Assembly (NCBI GenBank): GCA_048882325.1
Contig: JBHLRS010000002.1
Coordinates: 64,001-128,000 of the forward strand
Source of the DNA: Candidatus Thorarchaeota archaeon
GTDB taxonomy: Archaea > Asgardarchaeota > Thorarchaeia > Thorarchaeales > Thorarchaeaceae
Length of the DNA: 64,000 bases
Direction: 5' to 3'
The notes beneath the pieces are model-generated. The model saw only the letters and a list, made by a program, of their open reading frames with translations. It was not told the origin of the DNA and ran no database searches. A program made the position numbers and the translations under genes. Shown in pieces: positions 37,721 to 46,305 of the stretch (the first letter of the stretch is position 1; each line of letters opens with the position of its first letter).

Positions 37721-38101
37721 ATGAAACTTGAAGGAGTATCAACAGATAACGCACCAAAGGCTATAGGACCGTATTCACAAGGGATCAAAGCGAATGGATT
37801 CGTCTTTTGCTCAGGACAGATTCCATTTAATCCAAACACAGGAGAGCTTGTGACTGGGTCGATCACTGACCAAACAAAGCAATCACTCTCCAATGTGAAA
37901 GGAGTCATAGAAGCAGCTGGATCTTCAATGGAGAAAATTGTGAAGTGTACTGTTTTTCTCAAGAATATGGATGATTTCGCTGAGATGAATGCAGAGTATG
38001 CCAAATGGTTTAGTGACCCACCACCTGCGCGAGCTGCAGTTGAGGTTGCTCGATTACCGAGAGATGTTGGTATTGAGATAGAAGCAATCGCACTTCTCTA
38101 A
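37721..38101 (+). CDS. ridA: RidA/YjgF family enamine deaminase
   Basis: [35 protein letters not shown]...IEIEAIA. Confidence 0.93.
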   Translation: MKLEGVSTDNAPKAIGPYSQGIKANGFVFCSGQIPFNPNTGELVTGSITDQTKQSLSNVKGVIEAAGSSMEKIVKCTVFLKNMDDFAEMNAEYAKWFSDPPPARAAVEVARLPRDVGIEIEAIALL

Positions 38102-38310
38102 CATATCCTATAGGGGATTATAACAAGAGCAATGCAACATGGTAGTATCAGCTCTAGCTGATGCCATTCACAGGGGAGTTTATGGATAAACGCCGCTGCG
38201 TCACCACACTTGGTCATTTAGTACATAATGAAAAGTAAATATGCGGTCAGAGCAAGCTTTTTACCTATACATTTTAGCGCAGGTTCTAGAATTACTTGGA
38301 GTACTGACTG

Positions 38311-38940
38311 TTGGATCCAACGAGTCTTGACAGTAGAGAGGTAGAATCCCTTGTGGACCAAGCCTCTTCACTCATTGAAAGACATCAATATGATGAAGCC
38401 ATGAACAAGCTTCGTCGAGGTCTCGCTGTAGACCCAACTAATGTTCGCGCATTAGAAAATCTAGTTATCTGTAATTTGGAACTTGGAAAGCCGAAGATGG
38501 CAATCCATGCATTAAACAGTCTTCTCCAAATAGAACCAACATCATCAGTACGCTGGGGAGACAAAGGGTACATCCATCTTTTACTGAATGAAAACTCAGA
38601 GGGTATCGGTGCACTTAGAGAGAGTCTCAAACTAGAGCCACGTGATGTCCGTAGGTGGGAACTTTTAGCAACAGCACTCATTACTGAAGAGAGATGGGAG
38701 GAGGCTGTGGATGCTTTGGAAAAGTCTCTGAGTCTAGACCCTGCATCTGCCACAACTTGGTATAATCTTGCAGTCTGTTATCTCTACTTTGAAGACTTCG
38801 CGTCAGCCTTGCAGGCTGCTGAATACGCTGTATCACTGGATCCATCTCTTGAAGAGTTTGCTGCAAGTTGGATGGATCTAATCGATGATGATTACCTGAT
38901 AGAAGACTATCCCTCAATTGATGGAATTGCAGGTTCATAG
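38311..38940 (+). CDS. Tetratricopeptide repeat protein
   Basis: About 5 TPR units (YDEAM..L..GLAVDP, WGDKG, WEEAVDALEKSLSLDP, WYNLAVCY). Confidence 0.88.
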   Translation: MDPTSLDSREVESLVDQASSLIERHQYDEAMNKLRRGLAVDPTNVRALENLVICNLELGKPKMAIHALNSLLQIEPTSSVRWGDKGYIHLLLNENSEGIGALRESLKLEPRDVRRWELLATALITEERWEEAVDALEKSLSLDPASATTWYNLAVCYLYFEDFASALQAAEYAVSLDPSLEEFAASWMDLIDDDYLIEDYPSIDGIAGS

Positions 38941-38942
38941 AA

Positions 38943-40823
38943 CTACTTAATCTTGTCAATTACTGCTTGGATTTCTTTAGATGATTTATTCATCCTAAAT
39001 GACTTCGCTGTTTCGAGAGCTTGTTCGAGAGCAGAGATGATTCGGCTCTTCTCTAGCTCCAATTCAGTTTCATCTTCGATGGTCTTCAGCGCTTCAATCT
39101 TCTTTGGCATCACGCTAAGTAGTCCATCGATTGCAGCCTGAGCCTCCTCTTTTGATGAAAACGATGCATCATGTTCTGCATCATAAGATGTCACTATTCT
39201 ATCTATCTGACTATACAGGCGGCGATACTCACCTAAGGCTCCTGATAGGATCTTCTGGACTTCACCTTCAGGTTCAGCTGCTTCCAAAGCGATTGATAAC
39301 TTCTCCATGGCTCCTTCAAGAAACTGCTTTCTTTCAGGGAGCTTTGTTCGGCGGCGCTCCATCCAACGCCATTCATTGGAAATCTGGCGTGTCAATGCAA
39401 GAGCTTGGTTGATGGTTTCTCTGAATTTGTCAAATTTTGACATAGCTTCATTGAGATCATATTCAAGAGTATCGACAACATGTGTGAGTTGGTAACTAAG
39501 CATGTCACTAGCCTGAGCCTCAGCGAGAACTTTGCTTTCCTTGATTATACGCCCTGCAGAGCTCCATAGACGTTCGACATCTTCAGAATTGCGGTCAGTT
39601 CTCTTCCGCACATCGAGCTCTTCAGATAACTGACGGATCTCATGTCCAATTGCTTGAAGCTCAGCAATCTTTGCCTTGAGCAGAGCTTTGCCCAGTCGAG
39701 TATTGAGCTCATCTGTCAATAGTTGTCTTTCTTCAGGAACCTCAAGTAGTGCATGGGTGTTATCGATTAGAAGCTGCAGAGCATTCTCATACGCGAGTAC
39801 AGCCTCATGGAAGAGTCCTTCCTGATAATGAACATCTGCCTTCTTCTCCAATTCAAGTGCTCCTTCCAATACATCATATGGTGATGTCTTGAGAAGGCTG
39901 TCGGTCAAAACAGGAGGTGTGTCTGTGCAGATATCAAGAGGTTGACCAGACGTAGTCAAGCGAATTATAGTGATTCCATCTTGGGTCGCGACATAGAGAA
40001 GGTCATGGTCTGCTTTGACCCATTCGATTTTCTGTCCATTAAGAGGTATTACACCAACCTCTTCACCCCGTTTCAAATCCCAGATAGTGAGTAAACCGGG
40101 AGACAAAGCAGCCACAAGATAATAGCTACTTGCCCATATTGAGGACACTGGGTTAGAGCTATCTGACTCCAAAGTACGGACCAAGCCCCATTCCACCCGG
40201 TCATAGACTGCAATCTCCCCTGTTGAATTACCTACCAGAACAAACTCAGCGTTTCCAGAGATTATTCCACCTCTTCCTTTCTTGTCCAATCTAGCTAGCT
40301 CCGAAGGTGCAGTATCACGGTCTTTCAACCATACTCGTGGTTCCTCTTTCTTTGCGCTTGTACAAATTATTTTGTCATCCGACCAAAGACTAGTAAGATC
40401 TGATTTATGGAGCTGCCAACTTGAGGTTTCATGAGTGTCTTTTTGAATGGACACAAGTCTACCTTCTCTCGCTCCAACGTAGAAGTAATCACTATGCAGA
40501 GTTGATGTCAGGGCCTGATAACTCAGTTCAAACCACCCAGTCATACCCCAGGTTTCTTTTTTCCAAACATAGATTCTACGCTCACAAGTAGCAAATACCT
40601 GTGTATCATCAACATCAACAATTAGAGGGGGAGTATCAGTTTCGCCTAGTTCTGCAATCAGTTGCCAATCAGTCTTTGACCATACTCGGACTCTTTGATC
40701 GCGACATGCAGCATAGAGAAAGTTCTCATCATATGTGATATCAACTGCAGGAGCCTCTATGATAGTTATAACTTCGTGACTAAGAGGCATGGCATCATTA
40801 GTGCCTAAAGCGCCTTTATCCAT
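38943..40823 (-). CDS. WD40/beta-propeller protein with a C-terminal alpha-helical region
   Basis: Repeats ending RVWSK, YVWKK, RVWLK, AVYDR, TIWDL over the first ~290 aa, then amphipathic helices to the C-terminus. Confidence 0.8.
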   Translation of the reverse strand: MDKGALGTNDAMPLSHEVITIIEAPAVDITYDENFLYAACRDQRVRVWSKTDWQLIAELGETDTPPLIVDVDDTQVFATCERRIYVWKKETWGMTGWFELSYQALTSTLHSDYFYVGAREGRLVSIQKDTHETSSWQLHKSDLTSLWSDDKIICTSAKKEEPRVWLKDRDTAPSELARLDKKGRGGIISGNAEFVLVGNSTGEIAVYDRVEWGLVRTLESDSSNPVSSIWASSYYLVAALSPGLLTIWDLKRGEEVGVIPLNGQKIEWVKADHDLLYVATQDGITIIRLTTSGQPLDICTDTPPVLTDSLLKTSPYDVLEGALELEKKADVHYQEGLFHEAVLAYENALQLLIDNTHALLEVPEERQLLTDELNTRLGKALLKAKIAELQAIGHEIRQLSEELDVRKRTDRNSEDVERLWSSAGRIIKESKVLAEAQASDMLSYQLTHVVDTLEYDLNEAMSKFDKFRETINQALALTRQISNEWRWMERRRTKLPERKQFLEGAMEKLSIALEAAEPEGEVQKILSGALGEYRRLYSQIDRIVTSYDAEHDASFSSKEEAQAAIDGLLSVMPKKIEALKTIEDETELELEKSRIISALEQALETAKSFRMNKSSKEIQAVIDKIK

Positions 40824-41034
40824 AATTTCTCCCCATGAGATTCAGCAGGTTGTATTCAAGGTTTTTGGAGTCCTTAAGGGTGTTTCTTTCACGGTCAGAA
40901 ACGTCTGAAATAGCCGGAAAATGCATTTTAGAAACAAGCAATACATAGTAAAATCGTTGAAAAGGGAGGACCCACACAGAAAGAACTTAAGACATCCACC
41001 ACGAAAATAGCCATACTAGACGGAGGCAGGCATC

Positions 41035-43725
41035 TTGGACACCAGCGGATGGAGACGAGAATTAGACAAACTCGCTGAACTAAAAGGAATCCTAGTTTCA
41101 GTAAATCCTGCGATGGAGGAACAGGCGGACCGTCAGGTGCGTCAGCTATATGACATCTTTGCAAACTTGACTAAGATGGATAATGACCTAGCCACAGCAG
41201 GATTTATGAAAAAGAGAAAAGTTCAAGCTCAGGTCGAAAAGACAGCCAATGATCTTGAAACCGACTTCATGAGAGTGACTCGAGATTTTGCAGAGTATTT
41301 CCGAAAGGAACACAAAGATACTCTAGCAATAGCTCCTAAGATACAAGCTCTCAAACCCAAAGAAGTTCAAGGAATATCCACACTGAATTTTCCGGGTATT
41401 GGAGCAGGAGATCTCAAGGACTTTGAGAAGCTGCACGAATTTGCAAAGGCTTTCTCACAGCTATATCTTGTCATTCATGAAGATGTTGCCAGAGATGTTA
41501 AATCAACCTTAGATGAGAACAAGGCTACCGTTGACACCTACGAGCGTCATATTACGATTGACAAGAGTGAGGTTTCAACTACTGTGTCAAACGATGATGT
41601 CGCGGGGTTGTCGCTTCGAGATCTAATCATTCTGAACGACAAACTTCAGAGTGACAGAGAATTTCTTGATGGAAGGAAAGATGAAGTAACCCAACTACTT
41701 AGTTCATCACTGGTTGGCTCAGTCGAGTCCCTGCAGGCATCTGTAGAGACCACAGCTAGATTGGGTCTTGAATTACCAATGGAACTTTCACAGGAACTTA
41801 GACTGATTGCCAGGGATGCCTCCAAGGCAAACACGCTGACTGCACTTGTTGCCCTTGAGAATCAGCTACACACTGCACAGATCAAGGTAGCAAATGCACT
41901 CCGTGACAAGATTGTTAACATTAAACATGAGGTAACTACAAAGATTGTCGAAGGTGGTATCCCAACTACAGCTGATGTCATCCCAACACCACCAAATGTA
42001 AGTGTTGAAGGAGACCAAATTGCACCGCTCTTGTCTAGCTATCAGCGTATGGTTGAGTGGCAAGGACAAGTGAGGATTGCTCTCAGAGAGCGATTATTCG
42101 AACTCCTGGATGATGTTGAGAAAGCGACAGAAGCTGCAGACGATGCAGGTATTACAGACGTTGTTGCAGTCCGTCAATTCATCGCAGAATCCAAGAAAGC
42201 TCTGAAGACAGAAGATATTGATGGCATGGTGAGAGTCTACCTCCAAGCCAAAGCGATGGATGATGAGTACCGCAAGAATATCACCGAGAGTATTCGGAAC
42301 TACCTCTCTAGATTCAACGAACTTGCAACATCAGCAGATAGAGTTCTGGACCATGCTCAACTGAGTAAAAAAGCTCCGAAGGTCGAAGAGCTTGAAGGTG
42401 GTATTGTCTACCTGCTTGGATCACTACAGAGTCTTCGCGGAGCAGTTGAGAGTGGAGTCGCAACATTTCGTGAGGCTTGTCAACAAGAGATTGACGCAAT
42501 AGTGCATGATCTACAAACTGTCAAGCCAGCATATGCGGAGATATTCATGCCTATAATCGTCGAGCTAGATGAGGGTTCAAACAGAATCCAGGCCATGGAT
42601 GATTTCTCAGAGATTAAGTCTGAAATGCGATCTATCAAGGATGGGATTCTCGTAAAGGCACAAGATGCGCTTGAAAACCTACGATACCGACTTGGTGTAA
42701 AGATCAGACTAGCAGCTGCGAAGCTGATGGGTGCAGGAGTGGAGATTCCGCCAGAAGCACAGGAAGCTATCAGTGAGCTGAACAGCGTAGGTGTAGCAGC
42801 AGACAATGTGTTCAGCTTACCCGCTATCGCACGAAAGATGGTCGAAATCTATGAGAAGAAGATCCAAGACAAAATCATTGAGAAACTGGGTGTCGAGGTT
42901 GATTCACTTATGACTAGTCTTGAGCGGGCTAGTAGTATTGGTGTCAAGCTCGGAAAAGAGCTGAAGATGCTTAGTGGTCTCAAGAACAAACCTCCAGTAG
43001 AGCTTGAAGAGGCAGCTGATGCGTTCGATAAACTTCAGAATCTGACAACATCTCCCAATGTTCACAAGAAAATCAGAGAGCGAGTGGATGAAGCTTACGT
43101 GCAGATCAAAGGAGCACTTTCATTGTTTGAAGAACAGGGTATGTCTGAGTTCGTCGAGCGTCTGAAGGTCCTCATTGATCAAGTACCAGCTAAACTTGAA
43201 ACTGATTCTCCACATGTGAATGAAGCACTTGATGTGTGTCTCACACTAGCAAACATTCAGGAAGAGATGTTGCAGATGATCAAGAGCATGGCTAGTAAGA
43301 GTGGAGAAACTCATGAAGTTGAGCTCAAGAAGAAAAGCCAATACTACTCAACAATCGAGAGAGTAATTGAGAAGCATCCAAAGGATTTCAGCAAGATCGT
43401 GTATGATGTAGCAATGATGAAGGAACTAGAAGAGGGTCTCACTGAAGCTTCCGATTTGGATGTGGCTATTGCTAATTTCCACAAACTTGGAGATATGAGG
43501 AAAGAATGGCTTGACAAAGCAGTTTCAATGGATGATTGGCACAAGTCACTTCGAATGTTCATGACTGGCTTTAGCCCAGCTGACAAGCCAGATGTACGTG
43601 ACAAGTTCATTGATGATGCAATAAGGAAAATAAGAGAGACCTATAGTCGAGAGGACATCAGATCGTACCTCAGCTGGGCTATCAAAGAAAGCGCTCAGGC
43701 TTTGGTCGATTCAAGAACGAAATAG
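41035..43725 (+). CDS. Large all-alpha / coiled-coil protein (896 aa)
   Basis: GGAGG RBS plus TTG start; E/K/L/A-rich amphipathic helices throughout; no TM segment or catalytic motif seen. Confidence 0.8.
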   Translation: MDTSGWRRELDKLAELKGILVSVNPAMEEQADRQVRQLYDIFANLTKMDNDLATAGFMKKRKVQAQVEKTANDLETDFMRVTRDFAEYFRKEHKDTLAIAPKIQALKPKEVQGISTLNFPGIGAGDLKDFEKLHEFAKAFSQLYLVIHEDVARDVKSTLDENKATVDTYERHITIDKSEVSTTVSNDDVAGLSLRDLIILNDKLQSDREFLDGRKDEVTQLLSSSLVGSVESLQASVETTARLGLELPMELSQELRLIARDASKANTLTALVALENQLHTAQIKVANALRDKIVNIKHEVTTKIVEGGIPTTADVIPTPPNVSVEGDQIAPLLSSYQRMVEWQGQVRIALRERLFELLDDVEKATEAADDAGITDVVAVRQFIAESKKALKTEDIDGMVRVYLQAKAMDDEYRKNITESIRNYLSRFNELATSADRVLDHAQLSKKAPKVEELEGGIVYLLGSLQSLRGAVESGVATFREACQQEIDAIVHDLQTVKPAYAEIFMPIIVELDEGSNRIQAMDDFSEIKSEMRSIKDGILVKAQDALENLRYRLGVKIRLAAAKLMGAGVEIPPEAQEAISELNSVGVAADNVFSLPAIARKMVEIYEKKIQDKIIEKLGVEVDSLMTSLERASSIGVKLGKELKMLSGLKNKPPVELEEAADAFDKLQNLTTSPNVHKKIRERVDEAYVQIKGALSLFEEQGMSEFVERLKVLIDQVPAKLETDSPHVNEALDVCLTLANIQEEMLQMIKSMASKSGETHEVELKKKSQYYSTIERVIEKHPKDFSKIVYDVAMMKELEEGLTEASDLDVAIANFHKLGDMRKEWLDKAVSMDDWHKSLRMFMTGFSPADKPDVRDKFIDDAIRKIRETYSREDIRSYLSWAIKESAQALVDSRTK

Positions 43726-43737
43726 GAGTAACATACA

Positions 43738-45132
43738 ATGTTCGGAAGCAGTCCCCCCAAAGCTCCCATTGAGGATGATACAACAAAAGCAGCAGAAGTC
43801 TTCGCCATCGGAATTGGTGAGTGTGGTTCAAACATAGTCGGTTCTTACCTTCAGACTAGTAGAGATAAGAAACTGCCATCAAGAGTCAGAGGTTACTTGC
43901 TCATTAACACGGATCGAGCAGACCTTACCAAGGTGCGACAGAAATATGGCATTCCAAAAGAACACACTCTCCTCTATGGTGCAAGCGAGATTGGTGTCGG
44001 TGGTCGTTTCATGGATGGGTATAATGCCATCATGGAGTCCAAGGACATCATCTTCGATCAGCTCGGAAACCTAGGATTCGAGGGTGTTTCAGGATTTTGT
44101 ATCTTCACTAGCCTAGGTGGAGGTACTGGTTGTGGAGGAACACCTGCACTCATTGAGCTCTTGAAACAGAGATTCCAAGAAGAAGAAGGTCGTAGGATCT
44201 TCGTTTATGTTGTCGGAATCTTACCATTCGAAGGGCAATCCAGCGAGGCCCTGAACTCAATCTGGGCTGTTTCAAAACTACTCAGAGCTCAGCTCCAAGA
44301 ACGAGGAGCAGACCTTACTATTCTTCTCTCAAACAGGACAATGCTCAAGAGAATACTTCAATGGCGGAGAGGGGATACTGTAGACTATCTCCAGAGGGAG
44401 CTTGAGGTCGACATAGCTGACATAGACTCAATTGAAACAATGGTTCCATCAACACTTGAGGAAAGTTCAGCAGCAGATACTAGGACCGAACAAGCTTTCG
44501 TTGAACTGGTCAATCCGCTGGCACTGGATGTTGTGGAAGCAATGCTCTCACCCGGTGTATGGGAAAAATCAAAGGATGTCTTTCCAACAACTGACCTCGC
44601 AGACTACGCTAGAAAACTGGATCCCGTAGTAGTTCCAGCCCTCTATACGGATATTGGCTTGATTCCTGATGCAGGAAGTATGCCTAAACAGCTAAGGACA
44701 ATGATTGACTACGCTGTGAAGGAGTGCTCCTATGCTGATGTTGGTGAAGAGCCTAATGCTGAGAGTGTTTATTATGTGCTCTCTGGGCCAAGACATGTAG
44801 CTAAAGCAGAATACGGTATGCACGTCAAGGAATCATTAGACAAGTTCATTGCGCCAGGTGCAGCGATTACACCATGCTATGTGCAATATCATGATCAAGA
44901 TGACTCGAATACAAACCTACTCCTTCTACTCGGTTTACCAAAGATTCCAGAACTTGTGCAAATCATTAACGAAGCTACTCAGCTTGTTAACTTGCACAGT
45001 GGTGCCTCGCCTTTGAAGCAGGGATGGTTCATGAGATCGAAGGGTACTACCCGGAAGGAACTGGTCGATGCAATCAACGACTTTCGAGAGTTGTTCAGCT
45101 ATTACATGACGCCTGGTGACACAATGGAATAG
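43738..45132 (+). CDS. Divergent tubulin/FtsZ-superfamily GTPase
   Basis: GIGECGSN (T1), INTD (T2), GVGG (T3), SLGGGTGCGG (T4 signature), ILPFEG (T5), ALNS, LSN, TTDLADY (T7), LLLLLG C-terminal strand. Confidence 0.92.
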   Translation: MFGSSPPKAPIEDDTTKAAEVFAIGIGECGSNIVGSYLQTSRDKKLPSRVRGYLLINTDRADLTKVRQKYGIPKEHTLLYGASEIGVGGRFMDGYNAIMESKDIIFDQLGNLGFEGVSGFCIFTSLGGGTGCGGTPALIELLKQRFQEEEGRRIFVYVVGILPFEGQSSEALNSIWAVSKLLRAQLQERGADLTILLSNRTMLKRILQWRRGDTVDYLQRELEVDIADIDSIETMVPSTLEESSAADTRTEQAFVELVNPLALDVVEAMLSPGVWEKSKDVFPTTDLADYARKLDPVVVPALYTDIGLIPDAGSMPKQLRTMIDYAVKECSYADVGEEPNAESVYYVLSGPRHVAKAEYGMHVKESLDKFIAPGAAITPCYVQYHDQDDSNTNLLLLLGLPKIPELVQIINEATQLVNLHSGASPLKQGWFMRSKGTTRKELVDAINDFRELFSYYMTPGDTME

Positions 45133-45148
45133 AATCGGTGGTGACAGA

Positions 45149-46216
45149 TTGTCGGACTCCTCATCATTTCACTACGAAGACCTCATTGATAGACTTCTTC
45201 TTATAGTCACACTGAATTCAACTTTAATCCATTTCCTCCTGAGCTCACAGGTGGAGGAATCAATTGATCCAGACAGAGTGGATTCGCTCACTCAAGGTCT
45301 ACTTAGAACGCGAAAATGGATGGAAGAAGCCACCACGATGAAGGGCATTCCGCCTTCCACTCAGAATATCATGAGTCTCATTGTGAAGCGTCTTTCGCAG
45401 GTTGAGAGTCTTCTACCCAAACTATCAAACAAAGCAAAACAAATCGAATCCAGATCAGCAGCGCAGGAGATTCTTTCCTTGCTTGATGGGAAAGAAGCCC
45501 CATCAGGAACTCCAGCCCCCTCAGGAACAGCTGCACAGACCACTGAAACGGATCTAGTTCCTCTAGTTGGTGGCGAACAACCCAAATCCGTGGAACCTTA
45601 TCGAAAAGTCGATGTTGAAGATGACCAGTTTGGTCTGATTGGTCAAAGTCAGCGATTGATCCAACAATACTCAAAGAGATGTCATATCCTACTTCCGACC
45701 TTTTGGCTGGAGTCTTTACGAGAAATCCATCGCTATAGATCGGAATCACCCTACCTCGGAGATGTGATTGAACTTCCAGCACGTATCTTGGTCAAGATTG
45801 CCAAAGGATTACTGACAGAGGCCCCTGGCGCTCGTCTCCTTCAGGACCTCATGAAGTCTCGCCAACAAGAGAACTACTTGAATGGGTCAGAGATGGAGAG
45901 AATCGAACGGGCAGTTGCAAAGTATTTCCAGGGTGTCGAGTCCGTACTTAAGGAACAGGAGGTAAATGTCCAGGACAAGATTCTAGAGGCACAAACAGCC
46001 TTTGATGGGTTCGGTTGGGGTGGCCCAGAGTTGGAGAAACGCATCATCAAGAGGTTGAATCAGCAGGTGGAGGAAGCTATTCAGAATGCTGAATCCGGCA
46101 CCGACCCGGCACGTCAGGTAATTCATGCTGAGATAGCCAAGTTGCTGTGCAAGCTGCAACATGCTCTCCTGGCTGAACCAAGACCTAGAGAAATTCTCGC
46201 ACAAATGAAACCTTGA
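45149..46216 (+). CDS. Hypothetical helical protein, third gene of the tubulin-like operon
   Basis: GGTGGTGA RBS plus TTG at 45149, 16 bp after the GTPase stop; two helical regions separated by a P/S/T/G linker. Confidence 0.72.
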   Translation: MSDSSSFHYEDLIDRLLLIVTLNSTLIHFLLSSQVEESIDPDRVDSLTQGLLRTRKWMEEATTMKGIPPSTQNIMSLIVKRLSQVESLLPKLSNKAKQIESRSAAQEILSLLDGKEAPSGTPAPSGTAAQTTETDLVPLVGGEQPKSVEPYRKVDVEDDQFGLIGQSQRLIQQYSKRCHILLPTFWLESLREIHRYRSESPYLGDVIELPARILVKIAKGLLTEAPGARLLQDLMKSRQQENYLNGSEMERIERAVAKYFQGVESVLKEQEVNVQDKILEAQTAFDGFGWGGPELEKRIIKRLNQQVEEAIQNAESGTDPARQVIHAEIAKLLCKLQHALLAEPRPREILAQMKP

Positions 46217-46305
46217 ATCTGTCGAGGTGTGTATAGAAGCATTCGCATGCATAGCCCATATAAGGGATGTTTACAACCCACATCAAAGACACACGAGGGT
46301 GACAG

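Noticed and set aside
38098-38217. 39-codon minus-strand ORF (MTKCGDAAAF...) and hairpin ATCAGC-TCTA-GCTGAT between ridA and the TPR gene
   Set aside because: No RBS or recognisable motif; the hairpin did not match any riboswitch consensus I could verify.
40860-40930. Short palindromes (TCAGA-AACG-TCTGA, AAAATGCATTTT) between the WD40 gene and the tubulin-like operon
   Set aside because: They are too short and unrepeated to distinguish from chance.
41035-43725. SMC/Rad50 or dynamin-like identity for the large helical protein
   Set aside because: No Walker A/P-loop, ABC signature or zinc hook is visible.
43738-45132. Calling the GTPase ftsZ, cetZ, tubZ or true tubulin
   Set aside because: The motifs are mosaic, there is no FtsZ C-terminal core peptide or TubR/centromere repeats nearby, and assignment needs a phylogeny.
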